DNA from: Histomonas meleagridis 2922-C6/04-290x
Taxonomy: Eukaryota; Protista; Parabasalia
NCBI GenBank assembly: GCA_020184695.1
Contig: JAANOX010000243.1
Span: 711,772 to 775,771 of the forward strand
DNA length: 64,000 nt
Direction of reading: 5' to 3'
Shown: positions 40,101 through 48,808 of the stretch, one piece after another
Numbering within the stretch: position 1 is the stretch's first letter
How the letters are laid out: each line of letters begins with the position of its first letter
Program-made: the position numbers and the translations under genes
The notes under the pieces: model-generated
Told to the model about the DNA's origin: nothing
Seen by the model: the letters and a program-made list of their open reading frames with translations, nothing else
Database searches by the model: none

Positions 40101-42920
40101 TTGGAAATCTTTAGTTACAAATAATTTTTGATAAAAATCATTAATGTTCTTAGGCTTTAAATCAGGTGGTGTAGAATTAATGAACCATAAATATTTCTCT
40201 GCTTTTCTTAATTCAGTACCTCCATCTAAAAGAGCAGAAATGAAATCTGCAAATAAAGAAAACAATTCGAAAAACAATAAATATATATAAGAAAATCCTT
40301 TTGAAGGATTAATATTCATAGGTCCTATATTTAAAGTTGGAATTTTTTCAGAAAATGTATTAAATAATGGTTGAACTTTAGATGCAACTTCAATTGAAGC
40401 TCGAGAATATTGTGTCATTGGTTCAATTAATATAATCCATTTATTTAATAAACGAATAAAAGGTGAAAACTTAAATTTATCTTCTTGATAACTATTTTGC
40501 ATATTAGATATATATGAAATACTTTCTTCACATATAATACTACAAAAAGAAGAAAATGAATCACTTAAAAATTGTTCTTTTGGTGAAAATCCTGTTTGGA
40601 ATTCAGCATAAACTCTTTTCATTTCAATCATTACATTTCTTAAATATGTATGTAATAATTCAAATTGGATTTTCTTTAAATCAGTATTTTTATTTGCCAT
40701 TTTACTTAATATTGGTGAAAATACTTTACGAACATGTTCGAAATTTAATGAATAAGCATATTGCGGTAATAAATTTGCATTATTAATTAAGAAATATGAT
40801 ATTTCAGTAGGCATTTGTTCATAAGCATATAAGAATAATGTAGAAGTTTTATCTGAAGGTTGATTAAAGATAATTGAAAATGAATTTGATATTGTAAATG
40901 CTACAGCTTTACTTAAGAACTTTAATTCTTCTTTATGAATAATATCATATAAACAATTAACTACATTACTAACATCACCAATAGTAAATGTATCATTATC
41001 TATAACTCTTGTATGGAAATTAGATAAATTATAATCTAATAAATTAAGTAAACCTAAAAGTCCATATTCAAGGTTTTGTTTTTGATATGGATTCTTTTTA
41101 AGATAAATATCAATTAAAAAATTAATAACATCAACAATATTATTAATTAATTCCATTGTAGTTTGACAAAAGAATTGTGCTGTTAAAACAGTATTAGCAT
41201 CATGACGATATAACAATGATTTAATTGAACTTCCATGGAAATATAATGAATAATAATGTATGAAATTAAGGATTCCATTAACTATAGATACTGATGATTG
41301 AGATTTTGTTAAATCTTTACGTAAATCACCTAACATTAATCCACATTTCTCTGGTGTAATACCACTTAGCCATAAAGGTTTTGGACATGTATCTTGATAT
41401 TTAACTAAACAAAATGTTTTACCTGAAATTAATTCCCATACAACTGAATTCCAAGGATCATAACAAAATGCGCAAATACCAAAATTCTGTGTGAATTCAT
41501 TATCAATAATATGATGACCATCGATCATAGAGAAACTTCTAGCTATATAAAACGATTTATTATTAACTTCTTTCGATAATAATATCGTAAATATAATACC
41601 ATTACAAAAGACAGGGAATTTATATGGTTCTTTTGGTATTAATTTAGATGAATAAGGTTCTCTTAATTCGGTATTTAAATGTTTTAATGCTATCGATCGA
41701 TGGAAATAAATTTTATCATTTTGTATCGAAAAGACATTAACTGTTTCTTTCTTTAAACAATAAATATATTTACCATCACTTGTAAGTGGTGAAGATATTT
41801 TCGCTGAGAATCGTGCGCCTGCTACTGTTTCATATGTTATATTTTTAACTTGTTCGAAATTCGATAATTTATAAATATAAGGTTTGGATGCAAATGGACC
41901 TGTAATAACCATATAATCAATACAAACAGTCATTGATGATAATGGTCGTTCTTTAGTTGGGATACTTACTTTAAATGTCGTCTTAAATCGTAAGTCTTGA
42001 TTAATGATGTTCTTTGATAATGAAATTGTTTTGATTTTACTGCCACATGATAAATATATATTCATCCCATCGGATCCAATTGATGGCATAAAATGATCAG
42101 CAATTTCATAATCTTTTAATTCTAATGAGCCAAGAAAGTTACGCTGAAAATGAAACAAACAATGATTGAATGATATCGTATTAAGTATTTCATTGATATC
42201 GAAATTAATGGTGATCGATGTCTTTTTGTCTGTCATCGATAGCTCTGCAAGTTTACGTAATGATATAATAATGGCATTCATGTCGTGTGATAAAAAGCCC
42301 CAGTTTAATAATGATTGAAGTAATGGAATGTTCATCTTGGTATTAAGAATTGGTTGAATTAAATTGGCTACTTTGTATAATTGGGGATGTGGATAAATGG
42401 GATGTGTGATTTTAGGAATAGCTGAAAGTGCTGATTCTTCATTTGTGATGCTTTCTATTGAAACTTGAACTTTGGGATTTGGATCAAATCTGCCAAGAAA
42501 TCGGAGAGCATTGTTGATTTCAAGGAGTGAACTTTCAAAAATTGCATTCCTTCTGGTCTCTTCATCAGCATAATAAGAGATTGGCCGATCTTTTGTAAAT
42601 CGAATTAAAGCAAGAAGCATTTGATATGCAATAGGTTTGCTACTTTCAGGGCCAATAAAAAGTGATGTTAATATAGTTTTCCAAGCATCTTCAACATTAT
42701 CTATTGACGCAAAAACAGCCGGATCCAGCATCAAGTCTACCACCGTTTTCTCATCCGGAAAATCAATTGGTTCGACTGTTTTTGGAACTGCTTCTGAATT
42801 GAATTCAGATCCAAGGATTAATTCATCAAAACCAACTTCAAAAAAGTCGTTTGTAGAATTGGGGTTATTTGAAGTATTCCGGTTGAAACTAGGTAAAAAG
42901 GCTGAAATGCTTTGACCCAT
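34170..42920 (-). CDS. Giant HECT-domain E3 ubiquitin ligase (2916 aa), possible N-myristoylation (MGQSIS)
   Basis: GEQGIDAGGPARE, LLRFSTGRVRLP, LPTSSTCFHKLHMPPYSS with the catalytic Cys intact. Confidence 0.9.
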   Translation of the reverse strand: MGQSISAFLPSFNRNTSNNPNSTNDFFEVGFDELILGSEFNSEAVPKTVEPIDFPDEKTVVDLMLDPAVFASIDNVEDAWKTILTSLFIGPESSKPIAYQMLLALIRFTKDRPISYYADEETRRNAIFESSLLEINNALRFLGRFDPNPKVQVSIESITNEESALSAIPKITHPIYPHPQLYKVANLIQPILNTKMNIPLLQSLLNWGFLSHDMNAIIISLRKLAELSMTDKKTSITINFDINEILNTISFNHCLFHFQRNFLGSLELKDYEIADHFMPSIGSDGMNIYLSCGSKIKTISLSKNIINQDLRFKTTFKVSIPTKERPLSSMTVCIDYMVITGPFASKPYIYKLSNFEQVKNITYETVAGARFSAKISSPLTSDGKYIYCLKKETVNVFSIQNDKIYFHRSIALKHLNTELREPYSSKLIPKEPYKFPVFCNGIIFTILLSKEVNNKSFYIARSFSMIDGHHIIDNEFTQNFGICAFCYDPWNSVVWELISGKTFCLVKYQDTCPKPLWLSGITPEKCGLMLGDLRKDLTKSQSSVSIVNGILNFIHYYSLYFHGSSIKSLLYRHDANTVLTAQFFCQTTMELINNIVDVINFLIDIYLKKNPYQKQNLEYGLLGLLNLLDYNLSNFHTRVIDNDTFTIGDVSNVVNCLYDIIHKEELKFLSKAVAFTISNSFSIIFNQPSDKTSTLFLYAYEQMPTEISYFLINNANLLPQYAYSLNFEHVRKVFSPILSKMANKNTDLKKIQFELLHTYLRNVMIEMKRVYAEFQTGFSPKEQFLSDSFSSFCSIICEESISYISNMQNSYQEDKFKFSPFIRLLNKWIILIEPMTQYSRASIEVASKVQPLFNTFSEKIPTLNIGPMNINPSKGFSYIYLLFFELFSLFADFISALLDGGTELRKAEKYLWFINSTPPDLKPKNINDFYQKLFVTKDFQVQNNENQEENFLNSFLELEESKQIQKLMDYLYKKVPDRFKKKVLPEERKLEKVIICAFIKQLKIVSDFMTFSNEVNNDNNPTIPHSIKQIMDTLYKIRRSIQRSKQETLQFKSLCEESSTPLKPEKLSQNIDLYLEEMAKKSLLLISINQDNNDNTISNIENLITSNLTTDNYFEIIESVRLSRKHITTGIGFLNLMIRNNKDKICSSYLIDRFSSNGLIISFLSTLNSSAKTEGLRLILELLGLVRSLISGSESDISVSSLLVLFATLTLALSKLSIDLIYEQLKTLIEQLFAHSNDYSKKHFKSFISFIVSDIMIIASQNQESDIEKLSQIFDLTKNIYDKDNLLSNLSIYRLLCSSKMKIPCEIEEIFSLIRKCKPKFFHNTVSLIYEMLLLQSQDERLLTIHKILTIIGKTVTGDSSDFMKDIKPYSIDSKPGDICKSNESILSGVNELIQICRKLLQCKDDIIFKQIIEYVLLKNSPSNDIKKEELNSEKFDIFDDKIYLFATFSILSNTIESIHEGGLIKEIDSNNVYYISKINFKTKSYSVWKLPILNNSTKIVLPFSNSFTPISIMPFTYSLYPQYQFLFPYFSKYLINYEPKNTFESTLSFLVLSSLQEYSKEQTFLIEFLQYINLIDIKSFTFSNTLPLFKIILKSNLLQNNGNFFTNVTNPHFINFSLNGINYPSRITNNTLFSSINSMFVTTPIPKDNMIRCHFKDISNLTFKFGAFCPTIYESGMNYLDLDIINGKFGKKKIEEIEIVYDKNEGTSIILDDIVIRQMKPVENPICFFVILRANNELKYILTDSSSLQTPLTGKVIFKRNKPNLNNLNSFKPLYTTNTKVHINFNDFMKVNLKYIQHPMDPIGEFISDSLFVCDNRITSRLSPSLTINPDPALQNMSPIFPNLQSESVYQTKQLTYQDITQIFVNTDPETSQISYSFNYITTSQIRNSGEIILNDKIINSTILPYFTLTNFPSMPLEITNFLSLGYSSRISNETKNYLLLQCLNTPSIPIEQILTTFNINLPNLIQFFLSLLLYIEPINHNLLLSTGSPINFSHNVLNPDVQPKNSSLHSHKSTINRILDYITQNNLEEQFAEEWSTILKNQINNVNCHFCQPDHYEAIMKTSKPSLKTFHFIRNNINGWIIFQAELSHSTLTKFSVNNQQMNKIINYVPENSIKIDIEQNNVTIISIPIKNTNENLNGTFYEMIISFKYFIHYIKLNMEKISKKFQTYRKEAFIHLFNSLIAKSPYFVMFKKDIFDFVRYMLPIGSSDLEPNFVKLINLFNAYYSQDANVKQFLYELQIIWDERVLLPLKSFYPEFLTETDKQEIKALNNPTFGLPSDPYKAVIFKQDSSKYLQIIKRVMPFHQRLQGYSFHLVIRDWGNFTKKYPPFTTKLINSKRMQIDFNFYNPQKITVLFNSDMSHVNLYYSTSRNMVDKLLFQNNVSFPITKGTIYFEIMGEKTFDQSRFIIISNDDIQLEQFLLDYRDRFISDISYLLNMWDIRSDHIIMKQIPLNEYNSIDLKFSILDNIKIFLIPTLNIPMNLILIRTRLLLILNWLIIKEYVDFENDAILNQLIISVPTEVKIGKFKQLIGSYNNNYQPDLTVDRKTGGNIRIGVNNNLSQTIMNQMTRQYNSLGVNKFRNPDCRPWHVRMIGEQGIDAGGPARELVTEIALDLMCPLCGLVTPIPNAVNQIGTLRDYMIPVPNPLQNNRIMDQYKFAGAFIAICVRTGLVQQLNFPPLVWNYLMTGNITIEEIYEIDENYKILIQSLQEAKQTLSNAEFNSRFQLKFVIKNAYGKEMPLNARGKTTAVTLSNCSEFISLSNEFRLNELKPYLEKMRAGLWENFGCSAPKYLNWIDLEFLACGEKEISLTTLRKVTQFLDIQRQQQEWFWEVVEGFTPEQLSKLLRFSTGRVRLPPQIRDGDHFLIIDGIGTRDMLPTSSTCFHKLHMPPYSSFEKMKQMISVAIEFTGTFENE

Positions 42921-43906
42921 TTTTTTCTTTCTTTTAAAAAAATTTACAAGGTCTGTTCAAAAGATGCAATAACCGCCCGAATTTCGGTTCGTTTGAAATA
43001 ATTGATTCAAAAACTGGTTCTAATCACATGACAGCTGAACTATAACCGTTATTCGCAAGTAATTAATTTATTGGAACAGTTGTGGACAAATAAGCCATTT
43101 ATTGTTATTTCGAAAAATTACCTTTTTATAATGAAACTGAAGTATAAAATTCCGTTACATTTTTATGGATCTTTATATAAGACCGACTAAAATTTAAATA
43201 AAAATCACATTTTTAAAATAGATTTTTTGAATATTAGTATCAATATATATATTCATCATGTATTTTATATGTTTATAATAAAATATTGATCATATTCATG
43301 AAGTAATCTATATATTTACCATTAATACTCACTTTATTTATCAGATATCATTAATGATCATTATACATCATTAATATTCTTCATATATTCTATATATTTA
43401 TTATCAATATTCATTATACATCATTAATGTTAACTATTCATCATAAATATAAATTTTTATTATCAATTCAAGAAAAAATGGCCGGGGCTCATTACTTTTT
43501 GTTGTATCCTCTACATCAGACATGAATTGTTTAACCTCAAATACAGTTACATCATGAATTTGTTGTCATAACAAAAATTATTAATTATCTAATTAAATAT
43601 ATTTTTTGGTTTTGTTGGTCCTCACCAAAGCAAAAAAAGATTGAAGGTTAACATATGATTCAATTAAAATAATTTTCCGCTGATATAAATTTTTTCCGAA
43701 TTATTACATGAAACAAATGAAAACCTTTAATATCTGTTACAAAAATGGAACTTTAAATATTTTATTTGGATTTTCGGATGGATAATTATTGATAACATTG
43801 AAAAGTTTGTTATATAAAATTGTATTTTTTTTAACTATTAATGTATTAACAAGATCAAAAAAATACACGGTTAATTCTATTTATTGACTTCGTTTTAAAC
43901 AAACAA

Positions 43907-45025
43907 TCAAAGCTTTGCACCAGCACTATAAACAACTTTGTGCACTGTTGACCTTGATCTTCTTCCAGATCCTTCTAAAGGTGTCACTGCCTCTTTATAA
44001 ATTTGTGTTCTATATTCTCTTAACGAATGTCTTTCCGAATCATTTAATGCCATTTTTATCATTTCTTTAGCCAATGGTTCTTTCGCCGGATTATGAAATT
44101 GCGCGACATAAGGATGAAAAAGACATTGCGCAGCTGTTGGTCTGTTATTTGGGTTAAATGCAATCAATTGTTTTATTAAGTCAATTGCATCTGATGGAGC
44201 ACCTTCAAGTTTTTCCTCGAGAACAAAACGAGGCTTTGAATATGATAGATTGGATAACATTGTTTGGGTAAATGATGAGTCCATACTCTCAATATCGGTG
44301 GCTGATGGAGGACCTGAAAAGGCAATGACTCTTTCGAGTTGATCCATTGTTGATGTGCCTGGAAAAAGTGGTCGTCCACTTACAAGTTCGGCTAAAATAC
44401 ATCCAGCAGCCCACATATCGACAGCGGTGGTATATGAACTTGATCCAAAAAGAATTTCAGGGGCTCTGTACCATCGAGTTGCGATATAATCAGTAAGATC
44501 ATCATTGGGGACATCAATGTTATAGGCTCGAGCAAGACCAAAATCACAGACCTTAATGGAAGCATCACTACTGATTAGAAGATTTGATGGTTTAATGTCT
44601 CTGTGAATAAGACCTGCTGAATGAATATATTTAAGAGCACATAAAAGTTGCCAAAAAATATATCGATGATGGACATCTAAAAGAATTTTGGCTCTGATTA
44701 CCGCATGGACATCAGTTTCAAGACATTCAAAAACAAGATATATGTCAGAATCATTTTCTGCCCTATGAACTGCTAAAAGATTGACAATACATGGGTGATT
44801 ACGTAACTGCCTAAGAAATGTTATTTCTCTGTAAGTGCGTTGTGCATCCGTTGCATTTTGGAAAGCACTAAATATTTTTTTTAATGCAACAACTTTTTGT
44901 GTTTGTTTATCCATTGCACGCCAAACTATTCCATAAGCTCCTTTCCCAATTTTTTGAATGATTTCGTAACGCCTTAGTATATGTCTGTCAATTGATTCCA
45001 CATTTTCTTGCTCCTGGTTGTTCAT
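43907..45025 (-). CDS. MAPK15: MAP kinase, ERK7/8 (MAPK15) subfamily
   Basis: IGKGAYGIVW, AFQNATDAQRTYREI, HRDIKPSN, TDY activation motif in LTDYIATRWYRAPE; ATG at 45025. Confidence 0.88.
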   Translation of the reverse strand: MNNQEQENVESIDRHILRRYEIIQKIGKGAYGIVWRAMDKQTQKVVALKKIFSAFQNATDAQRTYREITFLRQLRNHPCIVNLLAVHRAENDSDIYLVFECLETDVHAVIRAKILLDVHHRYIFWQLLCALKYIHSAGLIHRDIKPSNLLISSDASIKVCDFGLARAYNIDVPNDDLTDYIATRWYRAPEILFGSSSYTTAVDMWAAGCILAELVSGRPLFPGTSTMDQLERVIAFSGPPSATDIESMDSSFTQTMLSNLSYSKPRFVLEEKLEGAPSDAIDLIKQLIAFNPNNRPTAAQCLFHPYVAQFHNPAKEPLAKEMIKMALNDSERHSLREYRTQIYKEAVTPLEGSGRRSRSTVHKVVYSAGAKL

Positions 45026-45096
45026 TGCCAACGGATAATATTCGTTTGAATATTGAAAACCCCTCAAAAAACGACGGTTTTTGAACACGATCAACT

Positions 45097-45166
45097 GAAA
45101 TTTCAATCGAATAACGACGATAGACACTTTTCAAAGACGAAATTTCAATCGAATAACGACGATAGA
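45097..45166. repeat. 28-bp direct repeat (period 42 bp) in the MAPK upstream region
   Basis: gaaatttcaatcgaataacgacgataga at 45097-45124 and 45139-45166. Confidence 0.9.
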
Positions 45167-45233
45167 GAATTTCTGAGCATGTCATTCTATCGTTTTTTAT
45201 TGGAACACCTCAAAAATTGATTCCATTTGTTAT

Positions 45234-47603
45234 TTATTCATTTACGTTATTTTCAGCGAATATTAAGTCATCATGATTCATTAACTCAACTTCAATTTCT
45301 TTATTTTCTTCACCATTATTTCTTCTCCTACGGATTATAAGAATTACCACCAAAATTATCGCTATGACAATTGTTATAGTTAAAGTAATTGCAGCTATAG
45401 CTCTATTATTATTTTCTTTTTTGTCTGTGTTTTCATTAGTAAATGTAAGCGAATTATTAAACACATTTGATTGTGTGAAAACATTTGATTTAGCAAATGT
45501 ATTTGATTTCGTGAATGTTTTTGTAAAAGTATTCGAATAAGTATTCGTTTGTGTGAACGTTGGTAATATTAAAGGTGCGCATTCATCAATTGTTGTTCCT
45601 TTTACTACATCCAAAGGACCGAATTTGTCGCCTTCATAAGATCCATATGTCATTACATAAGAAGTATTAATACCGTCGAAAGCAGACGTTATGATATCAG
45701 GCTCTGATTCACCATAAAAATAAATACATTTAAGTGATTTACAATCGACAAATGCATAAAGTCCAATTGTCTTAACATTTTTATCAAGTACAATTGATTC
45801 TAATTTCGTACATAATCCAAATGCATACAATTGAATGGAAGTAATTGACTCAGGAAGTGTAATATTAATTAAAGAAGAACAATTATAAAATACATAAACA
45901 CCAATTTCAGTCAATAAATTTGATAATTTTATTTGTTTTAATGAAGAACAACTATAAAATGCACTATCCAAAATCGAATTAACTGAATTTGGTATTTCGA
46001 TTTCTGTTAATGAATAACATGAATAAAATGTATTATCAGCAATTGATGTTAATGAATTTGGAATATTAATACTCTTTAAACTAATACAAAAACGAAATGC
46101 ATAATCGCCTATGTATGAAATTGAATTTGGAATTATAATATCTGTTAATGAATAACATAAAGCAAATGCAAACTTACCGATTAATATTGAACTTTCACTA
46201 AATTTAAATGTCTTTAAATTTTGGCATGAGAAAAACGCATTTGTTCCAAAATTTGTTACACATCCATTAATTTGTCCATCCAAAAGATTATCATCATAAC
46301 TAAATGCATAAGCTCCTATTTCATATACTGAATTAGGAATTGTAATATTTCTTAATAAGCATCTACAAAATGAATAAGAATCAATTATTTTAATTGTATT
46401 CGGAATATTATATATTACATTTTGATTACCACATGGATAACTAATAATTCTTGTGATATCTTTATCATAAAGAATTCCATCATTATCATTATTTGCAAAA
46501 TATAAATTATCTGAAGTTACATTAATGTATTTAAGTTTGGTACACGCTAAAAATACTCCTTCTTCAATCGACTTAACTGATGAAGGAATTAATATATCAG
46601 TGAGTGAAGAACATTCACTAAATGCTCCATATTCAATTGTTTCGACTTTATTACCAATAACAATTTTAGTTAAGTTTAAACATCGACAAAATGCTTTAAT
46701 TCCAATTGTGATAACAGAATTCGGAATTATTATTTCTTTAAGTGATTCACAGGATGCAAATGCTTCCCATCCAATTGTTTTGACATTTTCACCAATAATT
46801 ATTGATAATAAATTATTATTATTAGAAAATACATAATTTCCAATTGTAATAATTGTGTCTGGAATTGTGATATTTTTAAGTTTACTCGAATAAAATCCAT
46901 ATGAACCAATGAGTGTAACTGTGCTTGGTATTTCAAATGTTTCATATTGAAGTGCTTCAGGATAATAAACAAGAGTTGTAATATCTTTATCATAAAGAAT
47001 TCCTGTATTTCCATAATTAGCAAAATTCTGATTTCCTTCTTCCACATTAATAAATTCAAGTTGTGCACATGATATAAATGAACTTAAGCCAATAGTAGTA
47101 ACTGATTTTGGAATTGTAATATTTTTTATTGAAGTATAACTAAAAGCTAAATCACCAATTTTACTTAATGATTCTGATAATTGAATATATGATAATGAAT
47201 AACATTTATAAAAAACACTATCTTCAATTGTGGTAACTGAATTTGGTAGAATTATTTTTGTTAAATTATTACATAAAATAAACGCACTGTTTTCAATTAA
47301 TTCAACACTGTTGCCAAAAGTAATTTGTGACAAATTGTCACATGATCCAAATGAAAAAGCACCAATAATTTTGACAGAATTCCCAATTTCTACAGTACTT
47401 AACAAATTCCATTGGTAAAATGCATGGGATGGAATTTCTTCAATCCCTTCCTTGATTATAACATATTTGGTTAAATCTTTATAATCATCAGTAAAATCAT
47501 CTGGAACTGATATGGTTAGTGTTGCCGTAGCTTCATCAAATGCTTGTGATGAAGTATCACACAAACGATATGCGATAAGAAAGAAGAAACAGCTAATGTA
47601 CAT
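45234..47603 (-). CDS. BspA-like (TpLRR/LRR_5) type I surface protein
   Basis: Signal peptide; many LxxIxIPNSVxxIGxxAFxxC repeats; FTKSNxFT stalk; TM AIAAITLTITIVIAIILVVILII followed by RRRR. Confidence 0.92.
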   Translation of the reverse strand: MYISCFFFLIAYRLCDTSSQAFDEATATLTISVPDDFTDDYKDLTKYVIIKEGIEEIPSHAFYQWNLLSTVEIGNSVKIIGAFSFGSCDNLSQITFGNSVELIENSAFILCNNLTKIILPNSVTTIEDSVFYKCYSLSYIQLSESLSKIGDLAFSYTSIKNITIPKSVTTIGLSSFISCAQLEFINVEEGNQNFANYGNTGILYDKDITTLVYYPEALQYETFEIPSTVTLIGSYGFYSSKLKNITIPDTIITIGNYVFSNNNNLLSIIIGENVKTIGWEAFASCESLKEIIIPNSVITIGIKAFCRCLNLTKIVIGNKVETIEYGAFSECSSLTDILIPSSVKSIEEGVFLACTKLKYINVTSDNLYFANNDNDGILYDKDITRIISYPCGNQNVIYNIPNTIKIIDSYSFCRCLLRNITIPNSVYEIGAYAFSYDDNLLDGQINGCVTNFGTNAFFSCQNLKTFKFSESSILIGKFAFALCYSLTDIIIPNSISYIGDYAFRFCISLKSINIPNSLTSIADNTFYSCYSLTEIEIPNSVNSILDSAFYSCSSLKQIKLSNLLTEIGVYVFYNCSSLINITLPESITSIQLYAFGLCTKLESIVLDKNVKTIGLYAFVDCKSLKCIYFYGESEPDIITSAFDGINTSYVMTYGSYEGDKFGPLDVVKGTTIDECAPLILPTFTQTNTYSNTFTKTFTKSNTFAKSNVFTQSNVFNNSLTFTNENTDKKENNNRAIAAITLTITIVIAIILVVILIIRRRRNNGEENKEIEVELMNHDDLIFAENNVNE

Positions 47604-47815
47604 TTTTAGTCAAAAGATTTTAACAAAACGATAACTGTCATCGACCGTTAAAATTGTGATGCATCACAACGATTCTTCATCACATGAAATTTTTGAAATA
47701 TTTCATTTATTAAAAAAAATACATTTTTACCTAAACAATTCGTTAAAAAATAACGATCTAAATGTAGCGTTTAGGAGTGAAAAAGAAATATTGAAAAATT
47801 ATTGATGAGATATTT

Positions 47816-48145
47816 TCAGTTGAGTGGAACGAGAGGAGCTTGCTTCTCGATGGTTTGTGTTGATATATTTCTTGGAATCAAATCCAAAAAATCATATTCT
47901 TCGTATTTATTTCTGATAGGATCTTTGTTTATATTTTGACTATGAAAGCAAATAGAAAACCTTCCTTTCTTAACGACCTTTTTGTTATCCTGTAAAGAAG
48001 AAAAGTTTAATTGATCCATTGAATTAATTTTCTTCGCTTTTCCAATTACTTTAACTTCAAATCTCCTTTTTGTGCTTTTGGGTGAGGACAAAGGATCAAG
48101 CGATTTAAGGTCGTCCTCGCTGAGCTTCTTCTGATTTTGCTCCAT
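47816..48145 (-). CDS. Small hypothetical protein
   Basis: ATG at 48145; internally repeated KRRFEV / KKGRFSI motif. Confidence 0.5.
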   Translation of the reverse strand: MEQNQKKLSEDDLKSLDPLSSPKSTKRRFEVKVIGKAKKINSMDQLNFSSLQDNKKVVKKGRFSICFHSQNINKDPIRNKYEEYDFLDLIPRNISTQTIEKQAPLVPLN

Positions 48146-48496
48146 TTGGTTGAACTTCACTTTTATTCTCAATAAATTCCAAAGAATTTACGGTTTTAAA
48201 CGCACGAAATGAAACGAGGTACAGTCAAATTGACAAATGCCATTTGCCACCAAATTTCCGTCAAAATGCGAAAGTTTTTTGGATATGTGAGTGTTGTTAC
48301 TCTTAGCACACTGACTAGGATAACGAATTTAAAAGAATTCTCAGATGTGTGTGAAATCAATGATTTTTAATAACACAAAAATCATTTTAGTTGAAAAGAA
48401 TTTCAACTAGTTTGGACTAAGCACAACTCTAGATATCCATTAAAATTTAATTTTAATTATTTAGTTGAATTACAAAATTATTAAAAAATCAAAATT

Positions 48497-48670
48497 TGTG
48501 GAACAAGGTTTGCAATCCTCACTAGAGTACTCGCTTGCTTCTTCCACATTTTTGTCCCATCCTTAGAAGCCTGAAATCAACGAAGAAGCCCAGGGTAACA
48601 AAGGAGGATTATGGCCACAAAAAACCGCTTCTAAACGTTTTTTTGTGGGTAAAACGGGGCACTCCGATTT
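48497..48670. ncRNA. Candidate structured non-coding element (unassigned)
   Basis: GC-enriched intergenic island with two hairpins (tgtggaa 48497-48503 pairing with ttccaca 48542-48548; ccacaaaaaa...ttttttgtgg 48615-48648) and an Sm-like atttttg. No known family recognised. Confidence 0.2.
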
Positions 48671-48808
48671 GGCATATTTTAAATTATCGTCATTTCACAT
48701 TTTGATTATAAAATAAACACAGCAATCAAATATTTTAAAAAATATTTTTAATAAACAAAATTAACATAATTTTTAATTTATATAAAAACAAAATGAATAT
48801 GAAATTCA

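Noticed and set aside
43478-43497. ccggggctcatt, matching the 3' P4 strand of RNase MRP RNA
   Set aside because: No GAAAGTCCCC-type 5' P4 partner in the very AT-rich upstream sequence; likely chance.
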